A stretch of DNA of 64,000 nucleotides from Spirochaetota bacterium. Lineage in GTDB: Bacteria; Spirochaetota; Spirochaetia; SZUA-6. The position numbers and the translations under genes are program-made. The notes beneath the pieces were generated by a model that made no database searches, was not told the DNA's origin, and was given only the letters and a program-made list of their open reading frames with translations. Positions 57,501-64,000 of this stretch are shown piece by piece. Position 1 is the first letter of the stretch, and the number at the start of each line of letters is the position of its first letter. The stretch is taken from NCBI GenBank assembly GCA_013151965.1, contig JAADHF010000131.1, positions 46,409 to 110,408 of the forward strand, read 5' to 3'.

Positions 57501-59996
57501 TTAATCGAGTAACGGATTGCCCGTTCTGCTGTTTTTGTCCGTTGTTCCTGTAGTATCCGATTTGAGATTGCCAAGACCTTCAATTGAGCCGGGAAGATTA
57601 AAAGTGTTGTTTCCGAGGTCTTCCGGTAAAATTGAGCTCCTGATATTTTCTTTAACTGTTCGTTTTCTCTTAGCTTCATATTCACAGAGTGTGTCGAATT
57701 TTTTCGGTTCCGTTCCGGCAAGAAAGATATGTTTCTCTGTTTTCTTGCAGTATTCAGTCGGCAGAAGTCCGGATTTGCTGCATACCGTTACCTCACGCAG
57801 GCCGGTGTCCGGTTTTATAAAATCTTCTATCGGCAGATTCTTATGAACTTCCTGCATAAATTTAACCCATACAGGGCCTGCGAATGTCGAGCCTGTCGTA
57901 TATACACCGAGTGAGTGGCCTTTTTCATCAAAACCGAACCACAGGGCTGTTGTAATCTGGGGTGTAAATCCTGCCGTCCATACATCGGACCAGTTCTGTG
58001 TCGTTCCGGTTTTGCCTGCGATCGGCCTGTCGAATTTGCCGATTGTTGTAAGTGTAGGCCAGTGAAGTGTTCCGCTCTTTACAGTATTTTCCAGCATATC
58101 AACCATTATGTATGCTGTCTGCGGGCTCATGATCTGCATGGAATCGCCTTTTCGCTTTTGTTTAAGCCTGAGTTCCTTTTCCGGCTCCAGTATTATTTTA
58201 CCGCTTCTGTCTTCGATATACCGTATGGCAATCGGATCTACCTCCCGCCCCTGATTGGGAAAGGTGGCATATGCACGTGCCATACGAAGCGGCGAGACTG
58301 TTATAACACCTAGACCGAGCGGATATTTTCTGGGGAAGACTCTTTCGATCACAGCGGGGTCCGTAAAACCCAGCATTCGGCTTGCCCTTGAAATAGCCGC
58401 GCTGAACCCAATTCCGTCGAGTACCTTTAAGGAAGGTACGTTCATGGAATGGGCAAGAGCGTACCATAGAAGTACCCGTCCCTTCCATTCGCCCTTGTAA
58501 TTGAGCGGAACATACGGAGTGCCGTCATCATTCCAGAACACTACCGGAGCATCTACTATCATGGTGGATTCCGTGAATTTTCTTGATGAAATCGCTGCGG
58601 AATAGTAGAGAGGTTTAAAAGCCGAACCGGGCTGGACTTTGGATTGGGTTGCCCTGTTAAATTGATCCGTTCTCTCGAATTTCTTGCCGCCCACCATCGC
58701 ATAGATGTAGCCCTTTGTCGAATCCATCGCAATAAGAGCACCCTGAACTTCGGTCTTCTGTTCTTTCTTTGCTTCCACTTTGTAGCCGATTTTTGATGCG
58801 TATCTTATATCGGAGAGATTAAACATGCCGGAAAAGATATCCATTACCGGATTCAAATCATTTAAAAAATAATTTCTGGCCTGAATTTTCTGTCTCCGGC
58901 CCGCTACACGCAGATCATCTATGTTAAATGTAAGAGAAAGCAGATCTATAACATTTAAGAAATTCTCATCGGCATACTTTAACCGTCTGTTTCTCTGAGC
59001 CTGATAGGTGGCATTAATTTTTCTTATTCCTTCCCGCATAACCTTATCTGCAATTTTCTGATAATCGAGGTTCAGTGTTGTGTGGACAACAAGGCCCGCC
59101 TTGTACATATCGATCGAGCCGTAGAGCATATCTTCAAGTTTCTGGCGCACATATTCGCTGAAATAAGGTGCCTTATCTTCTCTTTCGAACCAGGCGGATG
59201 TGATATTTGTCCGTGTATAATCATAGTTATCCCAGTAATCCTGGAATGACAGGCTTGCTTTCTCTTTTGTCAGGTATCCCAGATTTACCATCTGGCTTAA
59301 TATTTCTTTTTGTCTCTGCTTCGCTCTGTTGGGATGGTTAATAGGTGAGTAGTATCCCGGTGCAGCTAACTGAATTACAAGCATCGCAGCTTCCGCAGGT
59401 GTTATATCACGAACAGAGTGTTTAAAGTAGAACTGAGAGGCGGTTTCCACTCCGTAGGTATTATGGCCGAAGTACATTTCATTTAAATACATCTCTAGAA
59501 TCTCGTTTTTTGTATAGCGCCTTTCCAACTGTATCGCCCACCATAATTCGATGAGTTTTCTTTTTAATGAAATGTCGGATCTGTCTGTATAAAGGGTTCC
59601 TGCAAGCTGTTGCGTTATTGTACTTCCGCCCTGAAAGAATTGACCTGTAATTATATGCCAGCCCGCTTTTATGATATCCTGAATTCTATAACCGTGATGC
59701 TCATAAAAATGCCTGTCTTCCCGGGTCAGTAATGCTTCTATAAGAATCTTCGGCATCTCATCTATGGAAACGATTTCCCTTTTTTCGCTGGAAAAAAATT
59801 CGGTGATAAGCCTTCCCTTTATATCGAGTATCTGAGTCGGAAGTGCAGGCTTGTGCTCGCCGAAAGCCTCGCTTAAGTCTATGTTTCTGGTAGCGGCCAG
59901 GACAACCCCTATGGAAGCACCTATAATAACAGCCGTAATAATTAATAACCCGAGCAGAATTTCAGTGAGGAATTTCCTATTTTTTCTAGATTTCAT
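57501..59996 (-). CDS. Class A penicillin-binding protein (PBP1A family)
   Basis: Transglycosylase EDRHFYEH, GGSTITQQL, KRKLIE; transpeptidase SAFK, SMN, KTGT. Confidence 0.93.
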   Translation of the reverse strand: MKSRKNRKFLTEILLGLLIITAVIIGASIGVVLAATRNIDLSEAFGEHKPALPTQILDIKGRLITEFFSSEKREIVSIDEMPKILIEALLTREDRHFYEHHGYRIQDIIKAGWHIITGQFFQGGSTITQQLAGTLYTDRSDISLKRKLIELWWAIQLERRYTKNEILEMYLNEMYFGHNTYGVETASQFYFKHSVRDITPAEAAMLVIQLAAPGYYSPINHPNRAKQRQKEILSQMVNLGYLTKEKASLSFQDYWDNYDYTRTNITSAWFEREDKAPYFSEYVRQKLEDMLYGSIDMYKAGLVVHTTLNLDYQKIADKVMREGIRKINATYQAQRNRRLKYADENFLNVIDLLSLTFNIDDLRVAGRRQKIQARNYFLNDLNPVMDIFSGMFNLSDIRYASKIGYKVEAKKEQKTEVQGALIAMDSTKGYIYAMVGGKKFERTDQFNRATQSKVQPGSAFKPLYYSAAISSRKFTESTMIVDAPVVFWNDDGTPYVPLNYKGEWKGRVLLWYALAHSMNVPSLKVLDGIGFSAAISRASRMLGFTDPAVIERVFPRKYPLGLGVITVSPLRMARAYATFPNQGREVDPIAIRYIEDRSGKIILEPEKELRLKQKRKGDSMQIMSPQTAYIMVDMLENTVKSGTLHWPTLTTIGKFDRPIAGKTGTTQNWSDVWTAGFTPQITTALWFGFDEKGHSLGVYTTGSTFAGPVWVKFMQEVHKNLPIEDFIKPDTGLREVTVCSKSGLLPTEYCKKTEKHIFLAGTEPKKFDTLCEYEAKRKRTVKENIRSSILPEDLGNNTFNLPGSIEGLGNLKSDTTGTTDKNSRTGNPLLD

Positions 59997-60047
59997 TAGG
60001 ACAAATTAAGAGACTTTTGTGTAAAATTGTCAAGATCAATGTTGGCT

Positions 60048-60083
60048 AAAAAAAAGAGGCCAGTCCTTTTAAGAGACTGGCCT
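60048..60083 (-). terminator. Strong intrinsic terminator
   Basis: Minus strand AGGCCAGTC-TCTTAAAAG-GACTGGCCT followed by C and 8 T. Confidence 0.85.
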
Positions 60084-60145
60084 ACCCGTTAGGGTGCCGG
60101 TTAATATAGTAAACTGGGAGGGGAACTATATTAGGATACCGACAC
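60048..60145 (-). ncRNA. Candidate small RNA (about 98 nt) with a long stem-loop, C-rich loop and terminator
   Basis: GUGUCGGU/ACCGGCAC and UAAUAUAGU/ACUAUAUUA helices enclose the loop UCCCCUCCCAGUUU; sigma28-like promoter upstream and terminator downstream. Confidence 0.6.
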
Positions 60146-60150
60146 TTTTA

Positions 60151-60177
60151 TTATCGACAACACTTTAAAAATACTTA
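60151..60177 (-). promoter_or_regulatory. sigma28 (FliA)-like promoter
   Basis: TAAG (60177-60174), N15, GTCGATAA (60158-60151), against the consensus TAAA-N15-GCCGATAA. Confidence 0.6.
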
Positions 60178-61155
60178 ATATTCTTTAATAAGCATATCAA
60201 AAACCAGAGAAACTTTGTACGTTTTATTCTTCTTTACCGTTACCTTTCTTGTAAGACTGTAATCATCTATTTTTATTCTTATCAAATGTTCACCTCCCTT
60301 TATTCTTATCCTCTTAAGCTGATAAGGGGCGAGTTTTGTTCCGTCCAGATAGACAACAGCATTTTCCGGCGCTTCGAAAGAAATGGTCGATATGTTTTGT
60401 TTAAGAATTATATTCATACTGTTTGTCTTTCCCGCTTCTATGGTAAATGCCGAGGTGACCTTCTCGAAGGACGCCGATTGTATAAGCAATTCATGAATAC
60501 CTGCATCCAGTTCGACAGGTTTGTTTTTATTGTTAACCTCTTTTCCGTCGATAAAAACGGAATACTGCTCGTTTTTAAAATCTTCAGGTTTTTTTATCGA
60601 AAGCTCGAGGAAGCCTCTGTTTATAACCTCCGGGGCAGCTGAAATATAGAATTCCTTTGTAAATGCCTTGTCGGGAATGCCTTTCATAACGGGCTGTATG
60701 GTTATTAAAAGAGGAAAATCGGATATGGAAACAGGTTTTTTAACAGAAAAGATATTTTCCCGGCTGCCCCTGCCGGCTTTTTTGTCCGTCTGTACGGGTA
60801 TTCTTACGTAGATTCTGTTCTGATAAGGGATAATATGTGAAAATATCCGTATTCCCTTAAAATTTTTTAATCCCTTTGCAGGCAGAGGCTTTAATCTTTT
60901 AAAGAGAATTATCTCGAAACTATCTGCATATCTCTTTAATGTATTTGATTGATGCATCTCTAACGTTAAAGACTTAAGAAATTCTTTATTTCCCTGTATA
61001 TCGAGTACTACGGATTCTTCCAGTTTAAGTTTAGTATTCTTTTCGCTTCCCGACTCTACCGGAAGTGAAATAACGGCGGCAACAGGTGATACAATGGTTT
61101 CTGCGTACAGATAAACCGAAGATGAAAGCAGTATAAGGAAAATGAATCTTTTCAT
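60175..61155 (-). CDS. Exported protein with C-terminal PEGA-like domains
   Basis: Signal peptide; SVFIDGK...LDAGIHEL, APENAVVYLDG...GGEHLIRI. Confidence 0.75.
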   Translation of the reverse strand: MKRFIFLILLSSSVYLYAETIVSPVAAVISLPVESGSEKNTKLKLEESVVLDIQGNKEFLKSLTLEMHQSNTLKRYADSFEIILFKRLKPLPAKGLKNFKGIRIFSHIIPYQNRIYVRIPVQTDKKAGRGSRENIFSVKKPVSISDFPLLITIQPVMKGIPDKAFTKEFYISAAPEVINRGFLELSIKKPEDFKNEQYSVFIDGKEVNNKNKPVELDAGIHELLIQSASFEKVTSAFTIEAGKTNSMNIILKQNISTISFEAPENAVVYLDGTKLAPYQLKRIRIKGGEHLIRIKIDDYSLTRKVTVKKNKTYKVSLVFDMLIKEY

Positions 61156-62075
61156 TTCTTTAATCCGTTAATAAGGGGAACAGGGTTCGTCGGAGCCCCC
61201 TTGCGTCTTATCTCGAAGTGAAGATGCGGACCTGTGGACATTCCTGTACTCCCCACTGCACCGATAATCATACCCGAAGTAACATGTTGATGCAACTCCG
61301 CTTTAATTTCTTTTAAGTGGCCGTACACTGTTTCGTAACCGCCTTTATGCCGGAGTATAATATAATTTCCATACACCTTATTATAGCCCCTTTCTATTAC
61401 AATTCCGTCACGCGCCGCAAAAACATCCGTGCCTGAAGGTGCCGCGATATCTATGCCTGTGTGAAATTCAGGGTGGCCTGTAAAAGGGCTGGTTCTTTCT
61501 CCGTACCCCGAGGAAAGAACGCCTTTGCTTAAGGGAAAGCGGAATAAGAGTTTCAGGAAATAAGCCCGTTCTATCGGATGAAATCTATCGCTTAAATAAA
61601 AGTTGTAGTATGTTTTTACCCCGGCTTCCGTTATGATAAGTTTAATTACAGGTTCGGATTGTCTTACCCTCCATGAAAACATAATATCTTCGAGAGTGGA
61701 TTCCGGTTTAAGCGGGACAAAGATGCCGGGCAAATTTGGTATGAGAATTCTTTTTCTTTTTTTAAGCTCTTCGGGATTACTGATGCGGTTTAGAGTTGAT
61801 ATCGTATCATAAGGCAGATTCAATTGAGCAGCCAGGGCAAACAGGTCGTCACTTTTATGAAGTGTATAGCTGAAAATTATAACCGGAGGAAACTTATTAT
61901 CCTTCTTGTTCTTATTTCTGCTTTTCCAGCGGTAGTATGTTTTTATGTCATCCTGCAGCTGTACAAATAGAGGATCATTCCGGTTAAGATAATGTATCTC
62001 CGGATAATCTGCAAATGTTTTAAAACTGAATATAAACAGTAACAGGAATATACTGAATTTATTTATACTAATAAT
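61152..62075 (-). CDS. LysM + M23 metallopeptidase (probable ATT start near 62075; the ORF track starts at 61823)
   Basis: HTGID, YGHL, STGPHLHFE. The frame stays open upstream of 61823 through a LysM start (YTLHKSDDLFALA) and a signal peptide (NKFSIFLLLFIFSFKTFA) to a TAA at 62081. Confidence 0.85.
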   Translation of the reverse strand: MISINKFSIFLLLFIFSFKTFADYPEIHYLNRNDPLFVQLQDDIKTYYRWKSRNKNKKDNKFPPVIIFSYTLHKSDDLFALAAQLNLPYDTISTLNRISNPEELKKRKRILIPNLPGIFVPLKPESTLEDIMFSWRVRQSEPVIKLIITEAGVKTYYNFYLSDRFHPIERAYFLKLLFRFPLSKGVLSSGYGERTSPFTGHPEFHTGIDIAAPSGTDVFAARDGIVIERGYNKVYGNYIILRHKGGYETVYGHLKEIKAELHQHVTSGMIIGAVGSTGMSTGPHLHFEIRRKGAPTNPVPLINGLKK

Positions 62076-63138
62076 CTTTTAATTCCTCTATGCCGGAGAG
62101 ATATCTTAGGCCTGCTTCCGCCAGTGCGGACATTTCATTTTCTCCCGGATAAACTTTAACCGGTGCAATCCATTTTGTCGCCTCCTCTATCCATTCGGTT
62201 AACGGCGGGTGGGCCATGCCTCCTGTAAGAATAATCATGTCCGCTTTTCCTTTAAGTACAGCCGCCATCGCCCCGATTTCTTTCGATATCTGGTATGCCA
62301 TAGCCTCGAATACTTCTAAGGTACGGGCATCGCCCTTCTTAATTCTTTCGGTTATTTCTATGCCGTCATCGGTCCCGATATAACCCAGCAAACCGGATTT
62401 TTTGGTAAGAATATGGTTAAGTTCCTCTGCACTTCCGTATTTGCCTGAAAAACATAAATTTACAAGTTGTGTTGTGGGCAGAGAACCTGTCCTCTGCGGA
62501 GAAAAAGGTCCGCCGTCATTGGCATTGTTTACATCCACAATTCTGCCCTTTTTAAGCGGTGCCACGGAAATACCGCCTCCCAGATGAACGACTATAAGAT
62601 TTAAATCGAACATAGTTGTTCTTAGACTGTCAGCCGCTCTGCGTGCCGCTGCTCTTATATTAAGAGCATGTGACTGGCACTTTCGTTCCATGCCCGGAAA
62701 ACCCGAATAACGTGCCAGGGGTTCGAATTCATCGACACCTACCGGGTCTGTTATAAAAGCGGGGCAGTTAAAGCGCCTGCCTAATAAATCTGCAATCAGT
62801 GCGCCGAGATTGGAGGCATGGCTGCCGTATTTCGACTCTTTCAGATCTCTGATCATCGATTCCGTGATTTTGTAACTTCCTGCGGGGACCGGTTTTACAA
62901 GTCCTCCCCGTCCCACTACGGCATCGAGAGTTTCGATTTTCTGCTCTTCTAGAAAGTCCTCTACGGCTTTAATCCTGAAGTTGAGCTGATCTATGGGATT
63001 TTTCCGCTTTTCAAGTATATCAGGGTCATGTTTTATATTTCGTGCGGATCCTTCTGCGGGTTTGCTGTTTTCTGCTCCATAATAAACTGCAACCTTTGTA
63101 GATGTAGATCCGGGGTTGATTATACAGATGGAAAACAT
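62068..63138 (-). CDS. buk: Butyrate kinase
   Basis: INPGSTSTK, VGRGG, HASNLG, DPVGVDE, HALN, HLGGGIS, GPFSPQR, YPGENEM. Confidence 0.95.
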   Translation of the reverse strand: MFSICIINPGSTSTKVAVYYGAENSKPAEGSARNIKHDPDILEKRKNPIDQLNFRIKAVEDFLEEQKIETLDAVVGRGGLVKPVPAGSYKITESMIRDLKESKYGSHASNLGALIADLLGRRFNCPAFITDPVGVDEFEPLARYSGFPGMERKCQSHALNIRAAARRAADSLRTTMFDLNLIVVHLGGGISVAPLKKGRIVDVNNANDGGPFSPQRTGSLPTTQLVNLCFSGKYGSAEELNHILTKKSGLLGYIGTDDGIEITERIKKGDARTLEVFEAMAYQISKEIGAMAAVLKGKADMIILTGGMAHPPLTEWIEEATKWIAPVKVYPGENEMSALAEAGLRYLSGIEELKDY

Positions 63139-63191
63139 CGGGAACCTCCTTAAATAAGACCCGGGTAATTTTTACCTGTAGTATCTGTTTT

Positions 63192-64000
63192 TTAAGTATT
63201 TACCGATGAAACACCTAAAAGGATAGAATTGAGTTTTTCCGACTTCGTATCCGAACGGGACAGAAGAATCACGGGTGCTTTTGCTCCTGCAATAATACCG
63301 CCGGAGGGAAACCCGGCCTGGTGAATTAAAGATTTACCGAGAATGTTCCCGCTTGCAATATCGGGAACCACAAGTATATCGGCGTCGCCTTTGATTTTAG
63401 AGTTAACACCTTTTAATTCGCATGCTTCCCTGCTCACTGCAAGATCGAGTGCAAGGGGTCCTTCGATAACGGCATCTTTTATCTGCCCCCGCATACCCAT
63501 CATATCAAGTGCGGCAGCTTCCACGGTGGATTGTATCGCCGGATTAACAACCTCCACAGCGGAGAGCAGAGCAACCTTTGGTATTTTTACACCGAGAGAA
63601 CGGAAAAGGCTTACGGCATTTTTTATTATATCAATTTTTTCCGTAATGCCGGGTGCTATATTAAGACCGCCGTCCGTAACTCCCAGGAAGGAACCGTCTT
63701 CCTTTTCAAATACAGCGATGTGTGATAAAAGCCCGCCCCGGCGAAGCCCGTAACCGGCATTAAGTACCTCTTTCATCAGCAGGGCTGTCGGAACATGCCC
63801 CTTCATCAGGCACTGTGCCCTGCCGCTGCTGACCTCCTGAACGGCTTTTCTCGAAGCCTCCGGTTCATTATGCGCATCGATACTGCTGTACTTCCGCAGG
63901 CCCGCTTTTTTGGCATTCTTCGTAATTATATCCGCGCTGCCTATAAGCAGGGGAGAACAAATCCCAAGATCGGATGCCTCTTTTAATGCATGGAATATCC
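63192..64000 (-). CDS. ptb: Phosphate butyryl/acyltransferase (5' end beyond the window)
   Basis: LMKG, LLSH, TDGGLNIAP, EGPLALDLA, DILVVPDIASGN, LLSRSD. The frame is open to the window edge; lies upstream of buk. Confidence 0.9.
   Translation of the reverse strand, partial: IFHALKEASDLGICSPLLIGSADIITKNAKKAGLRKYSSIDAHNEPEASRKAVQEVSSGRAQCLMKGHVPTALLMKEVLNAGYGLRRGGLLSHIAVFEKEDGSFLGVTDGGLNIAPGITEKIDIIKNAVSLFRSLGVKIPKVALLSAVEVVNPAIQSTVEAAALDMMGMRGQIKDAVIEGPLALDLAVSREACELKGVNSKIKGDADILVVPDIASGNILGKSLIHQAGFPSGGIIAGAKAPVILLSRSDTKSEKLNSILLGVSSVNT

Noticed and set aside
168-63986. About 100 short alternative-frame or antisense ORFs in the track (e.g. 29355-29837, 42907-43434, 37005-37532, 13496-14014)
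   Set aside because: They lie inside well-supported genes on another frame or strand, show no recognisable motifs, and are the expected shadows of coding sequence.
1-64000. tRNA, rRNA, CRISPR array, integrase, transposase or prophage
   Set aside because: Intergenic gaps are all short (under about 200 bp) and none shows a cloverleaf or repeat-spacer pattern; no ORF carries recombinase or phage motifs.

Overview
This is a gene-dense core-chromosome segment, most likely from a free-living anaerobic spirochaete (Spirochaetia). That assignment is inferred from a UPF0164/FadL-like outer-membrane protein, an 'AGGQRE'-type signal peptide, a spirochaete-type ComFB and split-PilZ protein, and TPR proteins beside mutL. 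About 50 CDS cover housekeeping and metabolism (rex fragment, ychF-like, gltA, aconitase, rlmI-like, xseAB, mutL, acpP, gcvT-H-PA-PB, PBP1A, ptb-buk), a four-gene amino-sugar catabolic operon, and many envelope and signalling proteins. I saw no rRNA, tRNA, CRISPR array, transposase or prophage. The main leads are: (1) a 1618-aa SprA/Sov-like barrel followed by two paralogous beta-barrels, one fused to FecR, plus a PorV/FadL-like gene elsewhere in the window, suggesting a T9SS-like outer-membrane system; (2) an unannotated ~100-nt sRNA at 60048-60145 with a sigma28-like promoter and an anti-Shine-Dalgarno loop; (3) a voltage-sensor protein with no pore and a HAMP-like tail, alongside a separate pore-only K+ channel and a stand-alone cNMP-binding protein; (4) two genes that need CTG or ATT starts, and repeated leaderless promoter geometry. 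All family calls come from motif recognition by eye; no searches were run.
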